A DNA stretch of 63,366 nucleotides, the filler included. It is 8 parts of 8 records of this genome, joined end to end, with 100 filler letters (N's around TTAATTAATTAA, not from the genome) between each part and the next. Parts side by side here need not be neighbours in the genome. Positions count along the whole stretch, not along the records: positions 18,570 to 28,548 come from SRR20825010_6136; positions 28,649 to 35,101 come from SRR20825010_6140; 6 more parts are not named here. One strand, 5' to 3'. Positions 22,178 through 31,826 of this stretch are shown here, piece after piece. The translations under genes and the position numbers were made by a program. The notes beneath the pieces are model-generated. The model had not been told where the DNA came from and ran no database searches. It saw only the letters and a list, made by a program, of their open reading frames with translations. Each line of letters begins with the position of its first letter. The first letter of the stretch is position 1.

Positions 22178-23572
22178 ATGACCGAATCCACCATCAATGC
22201 CCTGGTATCTCCAGAAGGCAGCCTGGAAATCCTCTCCAACTTTGAAGTCAACCGGCTCAAGGACCGAAGCGAAGGGGGGCTGTATCGGCTTTTCCGGCAA
22301 TGCGCCCTGGCCGTGCTCAATACCGGTGTTGAAACCGACGACTGTAAAACCCTGATGGAAGCCCATGCGGATTTTGACGTTCGCCTGGTGCCACAGCCAC
22401 GGGGTCTGAAACTGGAGCTGGTCAATGCACCCGCCCACGCCTTCGTGGACGGGCAAATGCTGCGCGCGATCCGCGAACACCTGTTTTCGGTATTGCGGGA
22501 TATTATCTATTCCTACTCAATCCCCCAGTCCGCGGTCGGTCTTCGCCGGGACGACCCGGAAGGCATCACCAACCTGATCTTTCACATCCTCCGTAACGCC
22601 CGTGTACTACAGGCAGGGCGTCATCCGGACCTGGTGGTGTGCTGGGGTGGCCACTCCATCAACGAGCGCGAATATCAGTACAGCAAGGAAGTGGGCCACC
22701 AGCTTGGTTTGCGAGGATTGAGCATTTGCACCGGTTGCGGCCCCGGCGCCATGAAAGGCCCGATGAAAGGCGCCACCATTGGCCATGCCAAACAGCGGGT
22801 GAAGAACGGCCGTTACATTGGCCTGACGGAACCAGGCATCATCGGTGCCGAAGCGCCAAACCCGATCGTCAACGAGCTGGTGATCATGCCGGATATCGAG
22901 AAACGCCTCGAAGCCTTCGTTCGGACAGGCCACGGCGTGATTGTGTTCCCCGGTGGTGTGGGTACCGCAGAGGAAATCCTCTATCTGCTCGGCATCCTGC
23001 TCCACCCGGACAACGCCGACCTGCCCTTCCCGGTGGTCTTTACCGGCCAGCAGGAAAACGCGGAATACTTCGAGATGATCGACCAGTTCATTCGCAACGC
23101 GCTGGGCGATGAAGCCGCCAGCAAGTACGAAATCATCATCGACGACCCGGACAAAGTCGCCCGCACGATGAAACAGGGCATGAAGGATGTGGAAACCTTC
23201 CGCCGGGCCATGCAGGACGCCTACTATTTCAACTGGATGCTGAAGATCGACCCGGTGTTCCAGATGCCGTTCGAGCCCACCCATAAAAGCATGCGGGCGC
23301 TGGCGCTACACCGTGACCAGCCGGTTCACCTGATTGCCGCGAATCTGCGCAAGGCGTTCAGTGGCATCGTCGCCGGCAACGTCAAGGAAAGCGGCATACG
23401 CCACGTGCAAGCCAAGGGGCCATTTGAAATTTCCGGCGATCCGGAGCTACTGGCACCCCTGGAAGCGATGTTGAAAGAGTTCGTTGCCCAGGACCGGATG
23501 AAGTTACCCGGTTCCGGCGCTTACGAACCCAGTTACCGGATTATCAGCGAAGCAACGCCTGCCACGTCCTGA
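22178..23572 (+). CDS. ppnN: Nucleotide 5'-monophosphate nucleosidase (LOG family)
   Basis: VVCWGGHSI, CTGCGPGAMKGPMKGA, MPDIEKRLEAFVR, PGGVGTAEE, NLRKAFSGIVAGNVK. Confidence 0.95.
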   Translation: MTESTINALVSPEGSLEILSNFEVNRLKDRSEGGLYRLFRQCALAVLNTGVETDDCKTLMEAHADFDVRLVPQPRGLKLELVNAPAHAFVDGQMLRAIREHLFSVLRDIIYSYSIPQSAVGLRRDDPEGITNLIFHILRNARVLQAGRHPDLVVCWGGHSINEREYQYSKEVGHQLGLRGLSICTGCGPGAMKGPMKGATIGHAKQRVKNGRYIGLTEPGIIGAEAPNPIVNELVIMPDIEKRLEAFVRTGHGVIVFPGGVGTAEEILYLLGILLHPDNADLPFPVVFTGQQENAEYFEMIDQFIRNALGDEAASKYEIIIDDPDKVARTMKQGMKDVETFRRAMQDAYYFNWMLKIDPVFQMPFEPTHKSMRALALHRDQPVHLIAANLRKAFSGIVAGNVKESGIRHVQAKGPFEISGDPELLAPLEAMLKEFVAQDRMKLPGSGAYEPSYRIISEATPATS

Positions 23573-23584
23573 CGGTGATGGGGA

Positions 23585-23923
23585 TTATTCCCCACCATCC
23601 GCCGGAAGGCTGGCGTAATAAGCGGCCAGGTTGGCAATGTCCTCATCGCTGAGGCCCGCCGCCTGGCCCTGCATGATGGCGGCCTGGCCACCGTTGCGCT
23701 GCTTGTTCTTGTACGCCTTGAGCGAAGACACGAGGTATTGTTCGTTCTGTCCTGCCAGGTTGGGGTAACCCGGAATGGCCGCGATGCCATTCTTGCCATG
23801 GCAGGCTGCGCACACGGCGGCCTTGGCTTTACCGGCCTCAGCATCACCAGCGGCGATGGTAACGGCGGGAGCGGCAGCCCCCAACACGAACACGGCGGCC
23901 AGGGTGTGGTATTTCAGTCTCAT
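23585..23923 (-). CDS. Monoheme class I cytochrome c (c553/c554-like)
   Basis: Signal peptide, [16 protein letters not shown], axial Met (IMQGQA), [13 protein letters not shown]. Confidence 0.93.
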   Translation of the reverse strand: MRLKYHTLAAVFVLGAAAPAVTIAAGDAEAGKAKAAVCAACHGKNGIAAIPGYPNLAGQNEQYLVSSLKAYKNKQRNGGQAAIMQGQAAGLSDEDIANLAAYYASLPADGGE

Positions 23924-24059
23924 TGGTTTTACCCTCTCATCGTTTTATAGCCCGACAGGATCCTGCCGGTGCGAACTCTGACCGAACTTATAGCACAGCA
24001 AAAAAAAAGCTCAAATGTGATGGATCAATAATCACCCCATTCGATGCGGAGAAGTCGAC

Positions 24060-25163
24060 ATGCCCATTCAGGTTCAGGAAATCGCGTGCAGGGAAGGCAA
24101 CATCGGCCTGATCACCCTGGATTCACCGGCCACTCTGAACGCCCTGTCCGCGTCGATGATCCACGAAACCCAGGCCGTACTGGATCAGTGGGCCGACGCT
24201 GACCACATCAGCCTGGTTATTTTCCGCGGCGCTGGTGAACGTGCGTTCTGCGCGGGCGGTAATATCCGCGAACTTTATGGCGCCCTGTCCGGCGACGAAG
24301 ATCCGGACGCACCGGCCGAGTTCTTTGCCAGTGAGTATCGCCTGGACTATACCATTCACTGCTTCCCCAAGCCGGTGATCGCCATTGGCCACGGCGTGGT
24401 GATGGGCGGTGGGCTTGGCATTTTCTCCGCCTGCCGCTACCGCCTGGTAACGCCCGATGTCACATTGGCCATGCCCGAGATCACCATAGGCCTGTTTCCC
24501 GATGTTGGTGCAAGCTGGTTCCTCAATCGGCTGCCAGGCCGCATCGGTCTGTTCATGGGGCTGACCGGAGCGCGGCTGAACGTCTCTGACGCGTTGAGGG
24601 TTGGCCTGGCCGATATGGCCATCCTGCCAGATCAGGTGGAATCATTGATCGAGCGGTTGAAGGAGGAGCGCTGGACCGGTGAATCAGCGGCTGATGACAA
24701 CCGCCTGTTCCGGCTCGTCAAGCAACTTGAGCATCCGGACTACCGGGCACTGCCAGCCAGTGAACTGGCGCGCCATGAGCAGGACATCGCCAGGCTCAGC
24801 GCAGGCGATGAACTCCCGGCCATTGTTGAAAATCTCCTGGCGGCGGAGATCGACAGCGACTGGTGGCAAGGCTGTGTGAAAAACCTGCGCGGCGGCTGCC
24901 CGGTTACCGCCTGGCTGGTCTGGACCCAGCTAAAGAAGGCACAGCAAATGTCACTGAAGGACGTCTTCCGGATGGAATACACCATGGCCGCCCGCTGCAC
25001 CCAGCGGCCAGATTTGCGGGAGGGTATCAGAGCCAGGCTGATCGACAAGGATCACAAGCCCACCTGGTCATTCCCGAGCGTCAGCGACGTGCCCGACACA
25101 GTGGTTGAAGAACACTTCGAGCCGGAACTGGACGACAGCAACGACCCCATGGCACTGAGCTGA
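24060..25163 (+). CDS. Enoyl-CoA hydratase/3-hydroxyisobutyryl-CoA hydrolase family
   Basis: AFCAGGNI, EYRLDY, VMGGGLG, AMPEITIGLFPDVG, EGIRARLIDKD. Confidence 0.9.
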   Translation: MPIQVQEIACREGNIGLITLDSPATLNALSASMIHETQAVLDQWADADHISLVIFRGAGERAFCAGGNIRELYGALSGDEDPDAPAEFFASEYRLDYTIHCFPKPVIAIGHGVVMGGGLGIFSACRYRLVTPDVTLAMPEITIGLFPDVGASWFLNRLPGRIGLFMGLTGARLNVSDALRVGLADMAILPDQVESLIERLKEERWTGESAADDNRLFRLVKQLEHPDYRALPASELARHEQDIARLSAGDELPAIVENLLAAEIDSDWWQGCVKNLRGGCPVTAWLVWTQLKKAQQMSLKDVFRMEYTMAARCTQRPDLREGIRARLIDKDHKPTWSFPSVSDVPDTVVEEHFEPELDDSNDPMALS

Positions 25164-25181
25164 ACGGGCCGCAAGCCCGCA

Positions 25182-25877
25182 TCATAGCTCGGCGCCGGCC
25201 TGGATCAGCAACATCTCGATATCCCGGTTGTTGCTGGCACGCGCCAGATCCAGAGCCGTTCGCCCATCGCTACCGCGATAGTTGACGTCTGCACCCGCCG
25301 CCAGCAGCATCTCGGCGGTCAGTAAATCCCCGCCTTCGACAATGTGCATCAGCAGCGAGTGGCCACCCTGATTCACATTGACGTTCGCCCCGGCGGCCAA
25401 CAGTACTTTCACCACGGAAAGATGACCGTTACGGGCGGCGCGGATCACCGGCGTTGTACCCTCGCCGTCCGATGCATTTACGCTGGCGCCGGCCGACAAC
25501 AACAGTTGCACGATCCGCCGATGGCCATCCCCTGAGGCGATCATCAGTGGCGTGACACCACTTGCCGTGGCCAGGTCCGGCGCTGCACCTTCGCTGAGCA
25601 GGAACCAGACAATTCGGTCCTCGCCCGCCCTGACCGCCGCCGAGAGCGGTGTGCCGGCCTCGGTCAGTGTGTTCAAGGACATGCCAGAGGCTGCAAGCGA
25701 CTTGGTTTGTTCAAGGTTTCCGTTGCTGACCGCCGCCATCAACGGCGTATCCGCCACCGACGCACGGCGCTGCTCAAGGTTGGATGGATCTGTGCTCGTC
25801 GCACACGCTGTCATCAGCGCGCTTGCGACCAGGACGGCCAGAAATCTCACGAGGATGGTGCCGGTTCCCTGGGCCAT
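25182..25877 (-). CDS. Ankyrin-repeat lipoprotein
   Basis: Lipobox-like MTAC; about five ankyrin repeats (TPLMAA, TPLSAA, TPLMIA, TPVIRA, TALDLA). Confidence 0.88.
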   Translation of the reverse strand: MAQGTGTILVRFLAVLVASALMTACATSTDPSNLEQRRASVADTPLMAAVSNGNLEQTKSLAASGMSLNTLTEAGTPLSAAVRAGEDRIVWFLLSEGAAPDLATASGVTPLMIASGDGHRRIVQLLLSAGASVNASDGEGTTPVIRAARNGHLSVVKVLLAAGANVNVNQGGHSLLMHIVEGGDLLTAEMLLAAGADVNYRGSDGRTALDLARASNNRDIEMLLIQAGAEL

Positions 25878-25950
25878 GGTGATTCAGTCTCTGTTGATTT
25901 ATTTTTGCGGATATTCTGGTCAGTCGTCGGCGGCAATGAAAGCGAGCGGT

Positions 25951-28092
25951 TCACAAGTCCGGCCGGTTCTGCAAAATATCGCCCACCAGAGAGCGCAATT
26001 CCGCTTCGCCTGCCTCCCGGCCCACGCATTCACCGTTCGCCTGCAACTCGGGCCACGACCAACCCTGTAGCACCGCCCTGGCCCAGAGGGAGCGCAAACG
26101 TTCGCCGGCCATCCCGTTGACGACGCCTGCCTGCAATGACAGCCGTCTCAGTACCGGCAAGGCCAGATCGAAGCCCCGATAGCCATGGGCAAAACTGTGC
26201 AGGTCCCTGAAATCATCCTCATTGAGCGGTCTGTCAGCGGGAAGGCCGCAGGTTATCCGCAGAATCAACTCCGGCTCTGCGTCTATCCAGTTGCGCGGCA
26301 CGAGGGTGAGCCAGTGCTCCGTCAACCTGCCACGCAAATGGTCTGTCAGCGCCTTACCTTGCGCAGACACCCCGGCAAGCAACTGCAGGGGATACTCGCC
26401 GCTGCTGGCTTCGCGCTTCAGCCCGAGCCGAACCGGCTCCAACCCGCACCGCTGCCAGAACAACAACAACCCGGCGTTACCGCCGAAACTGGTACCGATA
26501 CCGTCCAGCCCCTGCTTGCACGCATAATCATTTGCAGCCGCCACCAGTGTCTGCCCCAGCCCCTCACCGCGAACCTCGGCACTCACGGCAATCCGCACGA
26601 TGCGCAACAGACTCTGGCAGGCTGCTTCGGCAAATCCACTGTGGGTCGCCAGGGACTGGGGCAAGAGATGCCCCCGCAAGCGGCGCTTGCCCAACATGAC
26701 CTGCTCTGCAAGCTCGCTGTCCAGCCCCCCTTCCACCGTCGCCCATAGCACGCCGACCAGAACACCACCCCGGGTCAGGCGCCAACTCACCGCGGCCGGA
26801 TCGTCCATCCACTGGCGCAAGTCACCGGGTGAGGTTCGGTAGTGGGCATCCACCAGCAAACCGAAGGCCTCCTCCAATTCACTGTCTTCTGCGGTACCCG
26901 GGTTCCAGCGTTCAACGGCGATATTCACTTCGTCATCACTGACGGGTGGTGCCGGGGCATCCAGCAAAAACATCCGACGCGTCAACGGCTCCAGGGGGTC
27001 AGAGGCAGACCATCGTATGGGCGCCGTAAGCGATGTGTTGCGCCAGTGAGGCGTTTCGGCATCCAGCACCGAGCGAAAACGGATGGCAAAGCCTCTACCG
27101 GAACCTTCATAACCGTGCACCGTGGAAGCGTAAATCACCCTGGGCCAACCCAGCAGTATCCGCTTGAGCAGGTCTGCCGGTACGGCGGCGGCTTCATCCA
27201 CCATGATCACTTCCGCCTCCGGCTTTTCAGCAAGCAGCCGGTCCAGGGGCCAGAACTCCAGCCGCCCCTGATCGCCCACCGCAACATCGCCCGTGCCCAT
27301 GTCAGGATCAGAGGCCTGCCCGCTGGCCAGGCGGGCGTGGTGAAACAATGTTTTCACCGCATCCGGCCCGGGCGCCGTCACAACCACGCGCCGCCGCCCT
27401 TCATTCAGAAGACGAACCGCCGACAGGCCCAGAGCCGCAGACTTACCCCGCCCCCGGTCCGCCGTCACCACCAGCGGTCGCCGACGCCGCCCCAGCCCCG
27501 TTCGAACAACCTCTTCCACAAGCGCACGCTGGTCATCGGTGGCGCCTACCCGGAAGGCATCGCGGGGTGGTTCAGCCGTTGGCAGTGGCGGCTGAGGGTC
27601 AACAGACGGGGTGATACGAATACTATCGGGATTACCGGCCACAACTCCGGCCAGACGAGCCGCAAACGAATGCTGACCGGCTCCGTCCAACCCGGTACGC
27701 CGGTAATCCGGATCGTCGAAACCGTCCCAGTTTTCCAGCTTCGGCATCAGCCAGAAAAACAGACCACCGGCCGCGAGGGTTCCCGACAACGCCGCAAAAC
27801 CGTCCGGCGGATTCCCCCGCCAGCCATCCCAGACCACGCAAGCCAGTTCCTGCCCCAGCCAGCGACGTCCCTCGACCGGTTTGATCGAGGTCAGCGAGGA
27901 TTCCGGCTGATCCTCAACCGGGCCAGTCCAGACGCCGGGCGCTATCGACAATGCTGGAAGAAGTTCACGCAGCCACGTAAGAGAAGCCGCCCGATCGCCT
28001 TCCAGAACCACCAACCGCCGATGTCCGGCAACCCGCAACCCGGCTTGCAGCTCCTGCCACCCGGCCAGATCAGGCCCGATTTGATCCGCCAT
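25951..28092 (-). CDS. tmcA: tRNA(Met) cytidine acetyltransferase
   Basis: ADRGRGKS, DEAAA, STVHGYEGSGRGF, PIRW..DPLE, AHYRTSPGDL, GNAT RIVRIAV. Confidence 0.93.
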   Translation of the reverse strand: MADQIGPDLAGWQELQAGLRVAGHRRLVVLEGDRAASLTWLRELLPALSIAPGVWTGPVEDQPESSLTSIKPVEGRRWLGQELACVVWDGWRGNPPDGFAALSGTLAAGGLFFWLMPKLENWDGFDDPDYRRTGLDGAGQHSFAARLAGVVAGNPDSIRITPSVDPQPPLPTAEPPRDAFRVGATDDQRALVEEVVRTGLGRRRRPLVVTADRGRGKSAALGLSAVRLLNEGRRRVVVTAPGPDAVKTLFHHARLASGQASDPDMGTGDVAVGDQGRLEFWPLDRLLAEKPEAEVIMVDEAAAVPADLLKRILLGWPRVIYASTVHGYEGSGRGFAIRFRSVLDAETPHWRNTSLTAPIRWSASDPLEPLTRRMFLLDAPAPPVSDDEVNIAVERWNPGTAEDSELEEAFGLLVDAHYRTSPGDLRQWMDDPAAVSWRLTRGGVLVGVLWATVEGGLDSELAEQVMLGKRRLRGHLLPQSLATHSGFAEAACQSLLRIVRIAVSAEVRGEGLGQTLVAAANDYACKQGLDGIGTSFGGNAGLLLFWQRCGLEPVRLGLKREASSGEYPLQLLAGVSAQGKALTDHLRGRLTEHWLTLVPRNWIDAEPELILRITCGLPADRPLNEDDFRDLHSFAHGYRGFDLALPVLRRLSLQAGVVNGMAGERLRSLWARAVLQGWSWPELQANGECVGREAGEAELRSLVGDILQNRPDL

Positions 28093-28096
28093 CCAC

Positions 28097-28477
28097 TCAG
28101 CTCAAATCCACGGAGTGACGTTTAAGATCTTCCAGCTTTGAATACTTCAACGCTGAACGATGCGTCGCACGCAACTTCACACGCGGCGCACTATCGGCCT
28201 CAAACGCCTCCTGCCAGCGGGATGCACACAGGCACCAGGAATCCCCTTCTTTCAAACCGGGGAAACCAAATTCAGGTCTTGGTGTACTCAGATCGTTACC
28301 CTGAGCACTTGAATATTCCAGAAAATCATCTGTGACGACTGCACAGACAACGTGGGCCCCCAGGTCATCCGGGCCAGTGTTGCAACACCCATCCCGATAA
28401 AACCCGGTTTCCGGATCTGTACCACAAATTTCCAACTTCTCACCCAGCACGTTCACCGGTTCTGCAGTTGTAGCCAT
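28097..28477 (-). CDS. DUF2237 family protein
   Basis: NVLGE.L..C..DP.TGFYRDGCC, HVVCA, GNDLSTPRPE.GFPGLK.GD.WCLCASRW; ATG 28477 with GGAG RBS. Confidence 0.9.
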   Translation of the reverse strand: MATTAEPVNVLGEKLEICGTDPETGFYRDGCCNTGPDDLGAHVVCAVVTDDFLEYSSAQGNDLSTPRPEFGFPGLKEGDSWCLCASRWQEAFEADSAPRVKLRATHRSALKYSKLEDLKRHSVDLS

Positions 28478-28548
28478 AACATCATTCTCCAAATTCAGAG
28501 GGAGGGTTTGGGGGTTCTCTTCCAAAACTGTGCGGAGCCATGGATGGC

Positions 28549-28648
28549 NNNNNNNNNNNNNNNNNNNNNNNNNNNNNNNNNNNNNNNNNNNNTTAATTAA
28601 TTAANNNNNNNNNNNNNNNNNNNNNNNNNNNNNNNNNNNNNNNNNNNN
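28549..28648. other. Artificial contig spacer
   Basis: N-run with TTAATTAATTAA. Confidence 0.99.
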
Positions 28649-28757
28649 CCTGCATGGGCGCTATATCTGCAAGGCGCGCAAGCCGGTTTGCCCGGTGTGT
28701 CCGGTCTCGGATCTGTGCAATTTCAAGGAAAAGACGCTGGAGCCTGCCTGAATCGGC

Positions 28758-29240
28758 TCAGCTCTGTGCCGCGCGCGAGATGCCCCGCCGCAACAGACTG
28801 ACAAAGCACTCGTCCCGCACCAGCTCGCCGTTACGCCGTGGCCGGAACTCGTAATAGGTCACGGCAAGATCGTGATTGAGCTCGTAGAGAAACAGGTCAA
28901 GCACACAGGCATCCGTGCGGTATTGCCAGACCACCGCGGACATGTCGTTCCGGATGAAGGCCGGCTTGCCGAGAATGGCGGAAAGATCGTGCAGCCCAAG
29001 ATCGAGCAACCGGCCCGGATCGCGTTCTTCCGGGCTGAAGGCAGGCGGGCTTGGCGGGACGGGGAGGCTGGCGACCGATGCGGGGTCCTTCTGCCCGGTC
29101 TGGCTGGTGGCCGGTGCTATCGATTTCCCCACGGTAACGGGCTGCTGAACCCGTCCGGTACTCGCCGTTTTCTGTACGGCGGCGCCGCAAGCCGCAAGAG
29201 TGAAGGCGATCAGGAGAAAAACAAAAAAACGCACCGGCAC
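28758..29240 (-). CDS. Hypothetical lipoprotein
   Basis: GTG start 4 nt after the bactofilin stop, with GGAG RBS. Lipobox LAAC, Pro-rich linker, small alpha/beta domain (LGKPAFIR...VWQYRTDACVLDLFLY). Confidence 0.7.
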   Translation of the reverse strand: MPVRFFVFLLIAFTLAACGAAVQKTASTGRVQQPVTVGKSIAPATSQTGQKDPASVASLPVPPSPPAFSPEERDPGRLLDLGLHDLSAILGKPAFIRNDMSAVVWQYRTDACVLDLFLYELNHDLAVTYYEFRPRRNGELVRDECFVSLLRRGISRAAQS

Positions 29241-29244
29241 TGAC

Positions 29245-29862
29245 TTACTCCGACGTCTCCGGCACACTCGCGGTGTCGTCCTTGAAGACTGCGATGTCGC
29301 CGTCGATCTGGCCACCAAGCTCGACTTCGAGCTGACCGAACCGCACGGAACCGGTGATACGGCCGCTGCTGCGCACATGCAGGGTCTTCCGCACGACGAG
29401 CGTGCCTTCGAAGCGTCCGCCGATAATTGCCTCGTCGATCGTGACCTTGCCCTTGAAATGACCGGAATCGGTGACTTCAAGATGGCGGCTGTTTTCCAGC
29501 GTCGCATCGACGGTGCCTTCGACAATGAGACTGTCGCAGGCCGTGATCTCGCCCGTCAGGGAAATCTCGGGTCCGACCGTAAGCTTCTTGCTCTCGGAAC
29601 GGGGCGCGCCGCCACGCCGGCTGGACGAGCCGGGAAGATCGAGAGTCCGGCGCGGGATTTCCGGTACGAACCCGGATGAGGAAGGTTTGCTCGGTTGCAT
29701 TCTGGACTCCTCGTCCGGCTTCTTGGGTGTAACCTCTTCAGAGACGGGCGCCGCCGGGTCCAAGCGTGCCTCCGAAGGATTCTGTTCATCCGTCGCGTTG
29801 TTCCCGAAAGAGGGGCTCGTGCGCTCGGTGCTGTCTGTGCCGGATTTTTTACGCCGAAACAT
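29245..29862 (-). CDS. Bactofilin (polymer-forming cytoskeletal protein)
   Basis: LTVGPEISLTGEI...LIVEGTV...FKGKVTIDEAIIGGRFEGTL...ITGSVRFGQLEVELGGQIDG beta-helix after a disordered N-terminal region. Confidence 0.92.
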   Translation of the reverse strand: MFRRKKSGTDSTERTSPSFGNNATDEQNPSEARLDPAAPVSEEVTPKKPDEESRMQPSKPSSSGFVPEIPRRTLDLPGSSSRRGGAPRSESKKLTVGPEISLTGEITACDSLIVEGTVDATLENSRHLEVTDSGHFKGKVTIDEAIIGGRFEGTLVVRKTLHVRSSGRITGSVRFGQLEVELGGQIDGDIAVFKDDTASVPETSE

Positions 29863-29930
29863 CAGATCGTCAACTCATATAATTGCAGAAGAGACCATGG
29901 TCATCGACCTTAATACTCAAGGACTTATTA

Positions 29931-30599
29931 TCATTTCTTCATGTCGCTCCGCAAGCGCTCGAAACGATGCAACATAAAAGCCGTCGCAATGACCGGCCCG
30001 GCGAAGTTCACAATGGGGATGGTCATGACGGCCGCGATCAGCACGCCACTGATGAAAACCGAGCCTGCCTTGCGCTTCCGTAACTCCTTGGTTTCCGCGG
30101 GAGTCAGCCGTCGCAGGGCTACCATTTCGAAGAATTCCCGGCCCAGCAAATACCCGTTGGCACTGTAAAAAACCACCAGGTTAAGGCCCGGAACAAGCAG
30201 ATAAATCGGCAGAAGCAGAATATTAATAACCACAGTAATGCCGAGAAATTTAAGGCTTTCGAGAACGGTTTCGATGAAAGGCTGCGGGCGCGCCGGACCA
30301 AGTGCCGGATAATGCTTCGCTTCCACGGCCTTGCAGACGGAGTCCAGAAACAGGCCGGAGATTATGTTGGCGGCACCGGGGAAAAAGAGAACGCCGAGGA
30401 TCACCACGATCAGGCTGGCGACCCAGGCTGCCGCATCATCCAGCCATCCGCCGAAAAACGAAAACCAGTCGAGGACGTACCAGACCGCTGCCCCGAGCAA
30501 CAGGATCGCCATGATCGATCCGACGACGCTGATGATGATCGGATTGCGGAGCCTGGGATCCGTCATCTGACCGATGGTGGCGGACAAGGCTGAAAACAT
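29931..30599 (-). CDS. EI24/CysZ-like membrane protein
   Basis: Four to five hydrophobic segments; FLDSVCKAVEAKHYP, NGYLLGREFFEMVALRR. Start at ATG 30599. Confidence 0.82.
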   Translation of the reverse strand: MFSALSATIGQMTDPRLRNPIIISVVGSIMAILLLGAAVWYVLDWFSFFGGWLDDAAAWVASLIVVILGVLFFPGAANIISGLFLDSVCKAVEAKHYPALGPARPQPFIETVLESLKFLGITVVINILLLPIYLLVPGLNLVVFYSANGYLLGREFFEMVALRRLTPAETKELRKRKAGSVFISGVLIAAVMTIPIVNFAGPVIATAFMLHRFERLRSDMKK

Positions 30600-30833
30600 G
30601 GGCGCTCTCTTCTTCTTTCTGGCGTCGTCACCGGAACAAGTGGGGCCGCAGGCGGCGCGGTCCAATGCATCAGGGCCGAAAAAGCATAGGAACCCTGCCC
30701 GCGCAAGAGCGGCGGCGGCATTCGGTGATCGCGGCCTTTCCATGCCGTCCCCGCTCCAGTACCTTGTCGCGCGCATGAGCGGACATGCCGTCCGCCGCCT
30801 TTGTTTTGTTCTGTATCCGGGAGCCTGCTCCAG

Positions 30834-31826
30834 ATGGTAGCCAAGTCCATTGATGTCACATGTATCGGTAATGCGATCGTCGACGTTTTTTCCCAAGCCA
30901 CTGACGATTTCCTGGCCGAAAATGGCATCGAAAAAGGGGCAATGAACCTGATCGACGCGGAACGCGCCGAGCTGCTCTACAGCAAGATGGGCCCCGGCAT
31001 GGAAATGTCCGGCGGGTCCGCCGGTAACACGGCGGCCGGGCTCGCCTCTCTTGGCAGCAAGGCCGGTTATATCGGCAAGGTGCAGGACGACGTTCTTGGC
31101 AAGGTCTTCCGGCATGACATCACGGCGGTTGGCGTGCGCTTCGAGACGGCGCCGACCCTGGACGGCCCGCCGACGGCCCGGTCTCTGATCATGGTGACGG
31201 CGGATGCCCAGCGCAGCATGAACACCTTCCTCGGTGCCTGCGTGCAGCTTGGCCCGGTGGATGTCGACCCGGACCTGATCGCGGACAGCCGCGTGGTCTA
31301 TCTGGAAGGCTATCTGTTCGATCCGCCGGAAGCCAAGAAGGCCTTCGTCAAGGCCGCCAGAACCGCGCACGAGACCGGGGGCAAGGTATCGCTCACCCTC
31401 TCCGATCCGTTCTGCGTCGACCGCCACCGGGACGCCTTCCTCGAGCTGGTCGATCACCATGTCGATATTCTGTTCGCCAACGAGGAAGAGCTGAAGTCGC
31501 TCTACCAGACGAGCGATTTCGATGAGGCGCTGCAGAAGGTGCGGGAAAATTGCGAGACCGCCGCGATTACCCGTGGCGCGCAGGGCTCCGTGGTGCTGCA
31601 CAAGTCGGAAGTCCATGTGATCGATGCCGAGCCGGTGGCGAAGGTGGTCGATACGACCGGCGCGGGCGATCTTTTCGCCGCCGGTTTCCTGCATGCCTAT
31701 TGCCGTGACCTGGAGCCTGCCGACTGGGGCCGGGCCGGTGGTGTTGCCGCGGCGGAAATCATTTCGCATTACGGCGCCCGGCCGGAGGCCAATCTGAAAG
31801 AGCTTCTGGCGGCGCGGCTTGGCTGA
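30834..31826 (+). CDS. Adenosine kinase / PfkB family carbohydrate kinase
   Basis: IGNAIVDV, SGGSAGNT, QRSMNTFLGA, YLEGYL, LFANEEE, DTTGAGDLFAAGF. Confidence 0.9.
   Translation: MVAKSIDVTCIGNAIVDVFSQATDDFLAENGIEKGAMNLIDAERAELLYSKMGPGMEMSGGSAGNTAAGLASLGSKAGYIGKVQDDVLGKVFRHDITAVGVRFETAPTLDGPPTARSLIMVTADAQRSMNTFLGACVQLGPVDVDPDLIADSRVVYLEGYLFDPPEAKKAFVKAARTAHETGGKVSLTLSDPFCVDRHRDAFLELVDHHVDILFANEEELKSLYQTSDFDEALQKVRENCETAAITRGAQGSVVLHKSEVHVIDAEPVAKVVDTTGAGDLFAAGFLHAYCRDLEPADWGRAGGVAAAEIISHYGARPEANLKELLAARLG

Noticed and set aside
20561-28092. thiI, ppnN and tmcA close together as a possible tRNA-modification or defence island
   Set aside because: All are canonical housekeeping genes in mixed orientation; no mobility or defence signatures.
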